64,000 nt of DNA from Pseudomonadales bacterium (GCA_963664635.1 OY761542.1:2644112-2708111), one strand, 5' to 3'. Shown: positions 17,006 through 24,563, counted from the first letter of the stretch. Notes: a model not told the origin generated them from the letters alone. Program-made: numbers and translations.

Positions 17006-18096
17006 AGACACACGACGCTCAAGGTCGGCCTGTGCTGACGTTGATTCGGGGTGGGAGACCGCTGGGTGTACAAGATCCGTCTCAAACTCATCTGGCGTCA
17101 GGTCAGGGGAGAAGTGGTCGCGCGAGTGCACGGGACAATGGGCCCCAATTGATGCCAACCGAGGACAATCGCATGTCAGAGAAAAGCAAACTTCCAGAGA
17201 GGATCGCCGGGATGGCCTTCGGCACAAACGACCGCCAGAGCATCCAACGCGTGGGCGAGCTCCATAGGGTCTCCGAGTCGCACGTCGTGCGAAGCTGCGT
17301 GGGCATCGGGCTCCTGGTGTATTCGGACATTCGTCTGCGGTCTAGGATCGCGACGGCCGCCAAGGACCATGCGACAAGTGAGCGCGCCGTGATTCAAGCG
17401 GCGGTTCGGCGGGGGTTGGAACGTGCCCGGTTTGGCACGCGCCCGAGTGTGGAGCGCCTGGACAAGGGCGCTGAGGGAGAGCAGCGGCCTAAGGGCAAGT
17501 ATCCGAAGCGAATCGCGGGGCTGGCCTTCAGCGTGGACGACTATGAAGCCGTTCGACGGATCAGGGCGAGCCGTGAAGTTTCCGAGGCGCAGGTTGTGCG
17601 AGAGTGCAGTTCGATTGGCTTGGCGATCTATGTGGACGATGAGTTGCGGAGTCGGATCGAAGATGCGGCCTTCCGGCACGGGAGGCGCGAGCGGGACATC
17701 GTCTACAGCGCCATGCAACAAGGGCTGGAGGAGGCCCTTGTCTGGCTTCGGCTGGCTCCGGTATTGCGAATCAGGGACGGACTACGGGCTGAGGATCCAG
17801 GACTTGATTTGAAGCTGACCGAGTACATTCATGCCGTTGGGAGACGAGTCCAGCCGGTGGGTCTCCCGGATCCGCTTTTCGCTGATGAGAGGGATCGAGG
17901 TTGGACGGAATCATCCTTGGAACTGCAAGGCCTCCATGAAACGTTGAGCGAGAGCCCTCTGGACGAGCATGATCGGCTGTTGGCCAGCTACCTCGACGGA
18001 CGTAGTGCTGAGGCGAAGGAGCAAGCTCGGCGATCGTTTGAAGCCCGCCGGTCCGAACTGCTTGAGCTTCGGGGGCTAGGGGACGAGGAAGTGTGA
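17002..18096 (+). CDS. hypothetical protein with two tandem ribbon-helix-helix-like modules and an acidic helical C-terminal region
   Basis: Internal duplication: ERIAGMAFGTNDRQSIQRVGELHRVSESHVVRSCVGIGLLVYSDIRLRSRIATAAKDHATSERAVIQAAVRRGLE versus KRIAGLAFSVDDYEAVRRIRASREVSEAQVVRECSSIGLAIYVDDELRSRIEDAAFRHGRRERDIVYSAMQQGLE. ATGA overlap with the GIY-YIG gene. Confidence 0.6.
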   Translation: MKTHDAQGRPVLTLIRGGRPLGVQDPSQTHLASGQGRSGRASARDNGPQLMPTEDNRMSEKSKLPERIAGMAFGTNDRQSIQRVGELHRVSESHVVRSCVGIGLLVYSDIRLRSRIATAAKDHATSERAVIQAAVRRGLERARFGTRPSVERLDKGAEGEQRPKGKYPKRIAGLAFSVDDYEAVRRIRASREVSEAQVVRECSSIGLAIYVDDELRSRIEDAAFRHGRRERDIVYSAMQQGLEEALVWLRLAPVLRIRDGLRAEDPGLDLKLTEYIHAVGRRVQPVGLPDPLFADERDRGWTESSLELQGLHETLSESPLDEHDRLLASYLDGRSAEAKEQARRSFEARRSELLELRGLGDEEV

Positions 18097-18121
18097 CGGC
18101 TAGGCGTCCGCAAAGGATCAG

Positions 18122-18814
18122 ATGACGGCGATACTTGACCACATTGGGCGCTTGTACGGTTGTTTCGACGCTGGGGACTTCGAGCGCTACGTAGTGCGCG
18201 ACATCTTGCAGGGCGACGACCTCAAGGTCGTGCTTGTGTTCGAGTCGCCCCACCGTGACGAGTTGAAGGACACCAACCCTCAGCGTCTCCCAGCGGTTGG
18301 AGCTACTGGGCGATCCGTGACGAAACTGCTCGATGGGTTGGTCCACCAGACCGGTTCGATGCGTCCACCGATACGAACTGAGCCAATAGGGCGACTGTGT
18401 GGACGACGGGACAACGGATTCGGATGGCTTGGCCTCATGAGTGCCTGTCAGATCCCGCTCCAGAAGAAAGCGTACGACGGCAATGCGGAGTTGCAGCGCA
18501 GCTATGGAAGTCTCTTGGCGGATTTGCAGACTTTCAAGGACGCACTGGATGGCGATGAGGACGCCGACGTCATTGGAGGCGATTTGGGACAAGCGATAGC
18601 GGCTGTTCTTGCGGAGCGGCTGGGACCAGTTCAGCAGCGCAGGCTGCTACTTGTACCCTGCGGCAGGGTCGCACGAGCCCTATGTGGGGCGGCAGGCGTT
18701 CATGTTGATAGCAGGTTGCCCCGAGTTCCACATCCTTTGGCACCGGATGCTTGGGGGCATGCGCCGGCGCTCGTGGAGATGGCGAGGGTGATCCGAAGTG
18801 TGCTTGAGGACTAG
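18122..18814 (+). CDS. divergent uracil-DNA-glycosylase-superfamily (UDG-fold)-like protein
   Basis: By-eye alignment to family-4 UDG motifs. VVLVFESPHRDE...PAVGATGRSVTKLL corresponds to lmlVGEgPGeeEd..PFVGkAGqLL. LMSACQIPL corresponds to NivkCrPP. LLLVPCGRVA corresponds to ivplGavA. PRVPHPLAP corresponds to HPa/s. This is inference only. Confidence 0.55.
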   Translation: MTAILDHIGRLYGCFDAGDFERYVVRDILQGDDLKVVLVFESPHRDELKDTNPQRLPAVGATGRSVTKLLDGLVHQTGSMRPPIRTEPIGRLCGRRDNGFGWLGLMSACQIPLQKKAYDGNAELQRSYGSLLADLQTFKDALDGDEDADVIGGDLGQAIAAVLAERLGPVQQRRLLLVPCGRVARALCGAAGVHVDSRLPRVPHPLAPDAWGHAPALVEMARVIRSVLED

Positions 18815-19739
18815 CTCTGGTGCGCCTCACGGTGGACAACGGTCCCGGCTATCAGCCCCGCACGTTCAGCACTCTCGAGCGCGTTTCGGGGCCGGATCGG
18901 GCTCCGGATGGGCCATTTTCGGACAACGGGCCGCGTGGCCGCGGCGGCGACCAGGCCGAAGATCGGGCGCTGCATGAGCAGGATCGGGCACGGCACAGCG
19001 GCAAGCCGGTCGGCCTGGCGGGGGACAAGCGGTCGGCGATGAGTTAGAAATTTCTCGCATCCGACCGATGCTTGTCGGTCGGTCGGCGCTGAGCGGAATC
19101 GCGGGTACCAATCCGGTCATCCTGTTCGCACCCTGTTTCGTCCTTGCGGACGGCGCCGGCACTGTTCTCGCGCTGTTCCTTTGGTCAGTGGAACGTCTGC
19201 GACGCGTTGCGCGTCATCCCGTATTGTTCAGCCGTCGCTGCGCATCGGGGCGTCTCGCTGGGTTACCCGCAGTCTGCCTGATGCGCGCTCCGGTTGTGTC
19301 AGCCGGGATGTTGCTGGAACGGTCGCCACTGGCGACTGCGCCCGTTGGTTCAGCTAGGGTCGTGCTGGGGTCCACGCGGTGGACCCTTCCCGATGATTTT
19401 GCATGGTGGGGAAGCCATGTCCGGGTCACAGATCCCGGCGTCTGTATGCTTGGTGCGGATCGTAGACGCTCCCCGGACCCAGGGCAAGCGGCGTTTGCGG
19501 GTGTGCGTGGCGCATGTTAGTCGCCATCTGTGCGCGAATCTTGGCACAGCCAGCCCCCACGCTGGAACCGGTCCAGACGCGCGCTCGGACACGGTGCGCG
19601 ACTGCGCCGGCGGCGGGCTTCGGCGGCGCCCCGTCGTTCAGGCGCTGGCACAACAAGGCACACGCCGCGGACGCACAAGGTGGCGATCAGGTGCGCGGCG
19701 GGGCTGCACGCGAGATCGTGCGCGGTTCGGCGGAAACCC

Positions 19740-19792
19740 CGCCCCGACGCCGTGGGACGCGACAGTCAGGTCCGTCCCACAGCGTCGGGGCG
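19740..19792. repeat. long hairpin (19-bp stem, 15-nt loop) in a gene-free stretch
   Basis: CGCCCCGACGCCGTGGGAC ... GTCCCACAGCGTCGGGGCG. There is a single C/A mismatch on the + strand (G-U on the minus strand). Confidence 0.8.
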
Positions 19793-19979
19793 CGCAGAGA
19801 CGCGGGAAGCGGACCGGACGCGCACCCGGACACGGCGCGGAACATCGCGGCGGGGACGCCGCCGGTGCGCCAACAATCGGTACAATGTCGCCTCTCGGAG
19901 AACGAAAGCGCTAGCAGCCTCGCGCGGGATGGCGAAGCCCGCGCCCCGTAAACGAAAGAGATGACCGTCAGGAGGGCAT

Positions 19980-20531
19980 ATGGGACAGTCCCCGATGCGC
20001 GAGAAGCTCGCTGAAGCACGGTACTTCCGGGCCGGGATGGATCGGAACGCAAACGACCTGACCCCCTTCAAATGTGAGCTGAGCGCGTTTCTGACGGCGG
20101 CGCGGACGGTGTTGCAGTACCTTCGGGATGAGTGCGGCAACGCGGGACGCCAAGGGTGGTATGACAACAAGATGGCCGATCAGATGTTCCGGTTTATGGG
20201 ATGCCAAAGGAACGTGAACATCCACGAGCGCCCCATAGAGCCTAGGCAGAACGTGACCTCGACAGTCGAGGAGCGAGTAGTTCTCAGGGATAGCTTCTCG
20301 ATCACGACGACCGATGAACACGGGAACGTCGTTCAGCACGAGGAGATCGAAACGACACTGCCAGAGGCGGTGCCGACCGAGATCGAACGAACGGTCGAGT
20401 ACCGGTTCGCTGACTGGACCGGCCAAGAAGATGTTCCCGCGCTGTGCGACAAATACGTGGGTGCGCTTGAGTCCATCCTTGATGCATGGGACCAGGTGCA
20501 GACTGGCGTAGCAGGCACGAAGGGCACTTAG
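19980..20531 (+). CDS. hypothetical protein with HEPN-like Rx4H motif
   Basis: 183 aa with SD GGAGGG 5 nt upstream. Helical N-terminal half (REKLAEARYF...ELSAFLTAARTVLQYLRDE) ends in QRNVNIHE, the R-N-x-x-x-H signature of HEPN RNases. Confidence 0.55.
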   Translation: MGQSPMREKLAEARYFRAGMDRNANDLTPFKCELSAFLTAARTVLQYLRDECGNAGRQGWYDNKMADQMFRFMGCQRNVNIHERPIEPRQNVTSTVEERVVLRDSFSITTTDEHGNVVQHEEIETTLPEAVPTEIERTVEYRFADWTGQEDVPALCDKYVGALESILDAWDQVQTGVAGTKGT

Positions 20532-20683
20532 CGGGGCGTGGCGCGACCGCGGGACCGTGGCAACCTTGCCGCGGGGGAGGGCTACTTGGCTCTGCTAGGG
20601 GTGGCGGACCGCGCGAGGGTTCTGCGGCATACGTAGTCTGCCCTTCGGCCTAGGCGTCGGCGGCATCCAAGTTTGAAGGGTCT

Positions 20684-21652
20684 ATGTTCGGGAGTGGAAG
20701 GATGGGCGACGATCGGGCGGAGGAACACTTGGTCTGGTGTCCATACACCGACAAGGAGATCCGGTTGGCCGACACCACACCAGAGCACGTGGTCCCGCTT
20801 TCGCTCGGTGGCGTTAGCGAGTTTTGCGTACGTACGGAGAAAAAGGCGAATTCGGATATTGGGTCGAAAATCGACGCACCCTTGGCGGATGAGTTCCTCG
20901 TGAAACAGCGCCGGAACCGGCTCGGCATGGTCGGGCACAGCGGGAACCACCCGGTTGTGACGTGGAAGAGTTCGGAGCTTGACTCTGGCGAGCCGGTGCA
21001 GGTGACGCTCGACCGGGGGGACGTACGAATCTGGTCGCCGGTGCGGAAGCAGTACATCGCTGTGGGAAGCGACGTGCAAATCCGCTCGAAGTGGACCATG
21101 TATGTGGACACGCCCCTTCGTTTCGCGGCCAAGGTCGCGCTGTCGGCCGGGTACTTCGTGTACGGAGATCTCTTCCGGCGCGCCGTGGCGCATGACGAGG
21201 TTCGTTTCATTATGGAGTTCGACCTACGCGGTGTGACGCCCGGCGAAAGAGCCGAACTCGAAAGACGTGCGTCGACGATGGGGGTTCAAGCAGAGGACTG
21301 GCTGCGGAGAGACGATAATCCAGATTTGGAAGTGTTCCGGTTGTTGTCTCAGGCGTACGGAAGTTCGTCCATCGCGGGCCTGATCCCTACCAAGAGCTCG
21401 CTGACCGTATTCGTCGGCGTTCTCGGGATGTACGTAGGGCTCGTTGACGCGCCGGCAGACACCACTGAGTTTCCTCTTGGTGGAACGCACGATCTGGGGC
21501 ATGTCGTGGCGCTGCGGGACGGCAAGATCGAACGACAGTCGCTAAGGGACGCGGCGCGAATGCTCGACGGAATGCTGAAGAACGGTTGGCGACCGGAGTA
21601 TGGAGAACCATCCCGTGGCGCCGGCGGTGACGCCGGAGTCAACAGTGACTAG
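20684..21652 (+). CDS. HNH endonuclease domain protein with an uncharacterised ~250-aa C-terminal domain
   Basis: N-terminal CPYTDKEIRLADTTPEHVVPLSLGG....KKANSDIG is an HNH (HNH_5-like) core. An alternative start at ATG 20702 has GGAG 7 nt upstream. Confidence 0.75.
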   Translation: MFGSGRMGDDRAEEHLVWCPYTDKEIRLADTTPEHVVPLSLGGVSEFCVRTEKKANSDIGSKIDAPLADEFLVKQRRNRLGMVGHSGNHPVVTWKSSELDSGEPVQVTLDRGDVRIWSPVRKQYIAVGSDVQIRSKWTMYVDTPLRFAAKVALSAGYFVYGDLFRRAVAHDEVRFIMEFDLRGVTPGERAELERRASTMGVQAEDWLRRDDNPDLEVFRLLSQAYGSSSIAGLIPTKSSLTVFVGVLGMYVGLVDAPADTTEFPLGGTHDLGHVVALRDGKIERQSLRDAARMLDGMLKNGWRPEYGEPSRGAGGDAGVNSD

Positions 21653-22026
21653 GACGAGCCTCCCGTGACTCGCTGTGTCCGGACTGACGATTCACGGCTG
21701 GGGCGGTCGTTGTTGTCGAAGCGTAGGACCGCGTCGAGGACGACGAGCTGTCCGGAGGCGACCTAGTGGCCCTGGCGGACGATCCGGCGTGCTGTGACGG
21801 TCGCTACAGTAGCCTGGTTCGATACTTCGTCTGCGTTTTCGAAAACCATGGCACTGTGGAGCGCGATACGGGGGCCGCATGCGGCCCGGATCGGGCCTCG
21901 ATGATGCGGCACGCCGCACCAAGGCCGCGATGCGGCGGCCCACCGCTGCTCGCCCGCTCCCGTAGCTCAGCGTGCCGTCGGCTGCCGTAGCGTCAAGGGG
22001 AACGCGCCCGGCGTCAGCCGGGCGCC

Positions 22027-22170
22027 CTAGCCCGCATTTCTCACCAGGCCGCTAGTCGGCGTCAAAAGGCTCTTGGGTTTCAAGTAGTTGACTACGATGC
22101 CAAGTGATCGCGCCAAGTACGGACTGCGCTGGCCGCGCCCTCGCGGCCCCTGGTGAGAAATGCGGGCTAG
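22027..22170. repeat. perfect 22-bp inverted repeat pair flanking a 100-bp spacer
   Basis: CTAGCCCGCATTTCTCACCAGG at 22027-22048 and its exact reverse complement at 22149-22170. Confidence 0.9.
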
Positions 22171-22230
22171 CGGCCCTTGACCCGACGCCGGCGGGAGGCG
22201 GCAGGAAGTGCATAGACGAGAGGCGGAGAG

Positions 22231-22267
22231 GTCAAGGCGTCAAGGCGCTCAAGGCGTCTCAAAGGGC
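22231..22267. repeat. iteron-like tandem array of TCAAGGC motifs
   Basis: GTCAAGGC GTCAAGGC GCTCAAGGC GTCTCAAAGGGC. Related single copies lie at 21992 (GTCAAGG), 22061 (GTCAAAAGG), 22175 (inverted, CCTTGAC) and 22310 (GTCAAGA). Confidence 0.8.
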
Positions 22268-22373
22268 GGCGCTGGTGCGCGGCTTGGGAAGGTGTCGCGT
22301 TGTTGGCTGGTCAAGATGAAAATCTCGTAACCCAATGATTTAACATTGTTTTACGAGAGTTACACGCTGCCGA

Positions 22374-22422
22374 CGTAGGAGTTTCGCGCAGCGAAACTCC
22401 CAACGCGACCGTCAGGTCGCGC
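22374..22422 (-). repeat. REP-like double-hairpin element, copy A (abuts the stop codon of the NHL gene)
   Basis: The reverse complement reads TAGCGCGACCTGACGGTCGCGTTGGGAGTTTCGCTGCGCGAAACTCCTACG. It is nearly identical to copy B at 32036-32089. Confidence 0.9.
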
Positions 22423-23459
22423 TACCGCGGTTCCAGGACGCGTACGCGGTGGTTGTCGCTGTCGCCCACGAACAGACGCCCGTCGGCGGCGGCGAAGATG
22501 CCGTGCGGCCGTGCGAGCCCGCATCGCAGCGGGTCGCCGTCCGGGCCGTCGTGGCGCGTCCCGTCGCCGATCACCGTCGTGATGATGCCGCTTGCGCGGT
22601 CGATGCGGCGGACGGTATGGCTTTCCGTGTCCGCGATGTAGACGGCGGCGCGCGTCACCGAGATGCCCTTGGGGCCGGCGAGGTCCGCCGCCTTCGCATC
22701 GCCGCCGTCGCCCCGGTACCCGCCCCGACCGGTGCCCGCCACGTGGTGCAGCGTGCGGCGGGCCATGTCGATCCGGTACACGGCGTTGCCTTCGCGCAGG
22801 GTCAGGTAGAGGTCTCCGCGTGCGTCGAAGGCCAGCGTGCGCGGGCCGTGGAGCGGGGTGCGCGCGACGTCGGCGCCGTCCGCCGCGGGCGCGGGTTCGC
22901 CGGTGCCGGCGAAGGTCTCGACGAGTCCGGTCGCGGGATCGATCCGCCGGATCCGGTGGTTGCCGATGTCGGCGACGAACACGGCTCCGTCGGGGCCGAT
23001 CTCGACGCTGTGCGGCTGCCGGAACGTGGCTTGGGTGGCGGGGCCGCCGTCGCCGGAGAAACCCGGCTCGCCGGTACCCGCGATCGTGTCGATGCGCCCG
23101 TCGGGGGTCACGCGGCGGACGACGTGGCTCGGCATGTCGACGAAGTAGAGGTTGCCGGCACGGTCGAACCGGATCTCGTAGGGTTCGCGGATGTCCGCCT
23201 CGAGGGCCGGGGCCCCGTCGCCGGAGTGGCCCGATTCACCGGTGCCGACGATGGTTGCCAAGCGGCGGGACCGCAGGTCGACGCGGCGGATGCGGTGATT
23301 GCCGAGGTCGCAGAAGCAGAGACGCCCCTCGGGGTCGACCACGACGCCGAAGGGCTCGGCGATCGCGGTGTCCGGGTCGACCGCGCCGTCGGACGCGCGG
23401 CCGCGGGTCCCGGTACCGACCACGGTGGTCACGGATGCGGGAGCGTGCATGGCGGCCAA
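22422..23459 (-). CDS. NHL-repeat beta-propeller protein
   Basis: Six repeats of the type P.GV.VD..G.L.F.D.GNHRIRR.D...G...T.AGTG..G.SGDGG.A. Confidence 0.85.
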   Translation of the reverse strand: MAAMHAPASVTTVVGTGTRGRASDGAVDPDTAIAEPFGVVVDPEGRLCFCDLGNHRIRRVDLRSRRLATIVGTGESGHSGDGAPALEADIREPYEIRFDRAGNLYFVDMPSHVVRRVTPDGRIDTIAGTGEPGFSGDGGPATQATFRQPHSVEIGPDGAVFVADIGNHRIRRIDPATGLVETFAGTGEPAPAADGADVARTPLHGPRTLAFDARGDLYLTLREGNAVYRIDMARRTLHHVAGTGRGGYRGDGGDAKAADLAGPKGISVTRAAVYIADTESHTVRRIDRASGIITTVIGDGTRHDGPDGDPLRCGLARPHGIFAAADGRLFVGDSDNHRVRVLEPR

Positions 23460-23471
23460 CCCTTGTGCGAC

Positions 23472-24563
23472 TCAGCCCGGTGGGGCGGGGCGCCCGTCCA
23501 GTGCCGCCAACGCGGCGATGTCGGGATCGGTGAGCCCGGCGCGCCGGGCGGCGTCGACGATCCCGCTCCAACTCTTGTCGTCGATGGGAATGCCGTGTTT
23601 CCGCCGCTCCTGCAGGGACTCCTCCTCCGGGTCGCCGGGTAGCCGGACGCGGTCGTGGCCGTCGCCGGGCGCCGTGTCGAGCAGGTAGTCGGCCATCGCG
23701 CGGATTTCCTCCTGGAAGGCCGTGCTGCCCCCGAAGACGTCGGGGTCGAGCACGAACATCAGCATGTGGTTCACGAGCGTATCGGTGCGGGGGCGCCCGG
23801 GCTGGATCGTCCACTCGCCGGCCAGGCCGCCGCCGAGCAGTTCGCAGACGAGGCCGAGCCCGTAACCCTTGTGCAGGCCGAAGGGCCGGATGGAGCCGCG
23901 CGGGTCCTCGAAGAGCGCGGCGGGATCGTCCGTCGGCCGGCCGTCGTGGTCGAGGAGGGCGTCGGAGGGGACCGGTTCCTCCTTCATGTACGCGACGCGA
24001 ACCTTGCCGAGGGCGATGGCGCTCGTGGCCATGTCGAGGACGATGGGGCGTTCGCCGTCGCGGGGGATCGCGCAACAGAAGGGATTGGTGAGCATCCGCG
24101 CGGCGCGTCCTGCCCAGGGGGACACGACGGGATCGTGCCCGACGACGTTGACGAAGTGGAGGCTGACGAAGCCGGCCCGTGCGCAGCGTTCCGCATAGGT
24201 GCCGATCCGCCCGAGATGATGGGCGTTGCGCAGGCCGAGGGTGACCACCCCGGTGTCCCGCACGCGCTCGAGGGCAAGGTCCGTCGCCTGGCGGCCCACC
24301 ACTTGGCCGAAGCCGAACTGTCCGTCCAGCAACAGGACGGCGCCCCGGTCGCGCAGGACCTCCACCTCGGCGTCGGGCGCGAGCTGTCCGCTGGCGATGC
24401 CCTTGACGTAGGTCGGGACCATCCCGACGCCGTGGGAGTCGTGCCCCTTGAGGTTCGCGAGCACGAGGTGATCGGCGGTCTCCCGCGCGCTGTCGCGGCT
24501 GGCGCCGGCCGCGACGAAGATCGCGGTCGCGAAATCGGCCAGGCGCTCCGCCCCGATCCGCAT
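23472..24563 (-). CDS. Ldh-family (malate/L-lactate/ureidoglycolate dehydrogenase type 2) oxidoreductase
   Basis: 363 aa from MRIGAERL after GGGGAGG. Motifs: LKGHDSHGVGMVP.Y, NAHHLGRIG.YAE, NPF..AIP, LDMATS..ALGKV, GLHKGYGLGL..ELLGG. Confidence 0.85.
   Translation of the reverse strand: MRIGAERLADFATAIFVAAGASRDSARETADHLVLANLKGHDSHGVGMVPTYVKGIASGQLAPDAEVEVLRDRGAVLLLDGQFGFGQVVGRQATDLALERVRDTGVVTLGLRNAHHLGRIGTYAERCARAGFVSLHFVNVVGHDPVVSPWAGRAARMLTNPFCCAIPRDGERPIVLDMATSAIALGKVRVAYMKEEPVPSDALLDHDGRPTDDPAALFEDPRGSIRPFGLHKGYGLGLVCELLGGGLAGEWTIQPGRPRTDTLVNHMLMFVLDPDVFGGSTAFQEEIRAMADYLLDTAPGDGHDRVRLPGDPEEESLQERRKHGIPIDDKSWSGIVDAARRAGLTDPDIAALAALDGRPAPPG

Larger units (their letters stand above)
10773..22373. 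mobile_element. putative integrated genomic island (composite); boundaries approximate
   Basis: Integrase at the left edge, a second recombinase module, a TA system and nuclease-rich cargo. Sampled 60-nt lines in the cargo (17.1 kb, 20.2 kb) are about 62-63% GC against 70% or more in sampled flanking core lines. The right end is repeat-rich. No flanking direct repeats could be confirmed by eye. Confidence 0.6.

Noticed and set aside
19068-19964. ORFs 19068..19520, 19294..19914, 19514..19951 and 19530..19964 in the second gene-free stretch
   Set aside because: They are mutually overlapping, Arg/Ala/Gly-rich and without SD or motifs. They are treated as non-coding or decayed sequence.
21763-21849. 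28-aa minus-strand mini-ORF (MVFENADEVSNQATVATVTARRIVRQGH)
   Set aside because: It is too short, has no SD and cannot be assigned to any family by eye. It may be a remnant of a truncated gene.
21950-22030. tRNA-like fragment (GTAGCTCAG at about 21962) as a possible integration target for the P4-type integrase
   Set aside because: No matching D-stem closure (GAGC), no anticodon arm, no GGTTCGAnnCC T-loop and no acceptor stem pairing. I found no credible tRNA anywhere in the window, including the 10475-10772 junction.
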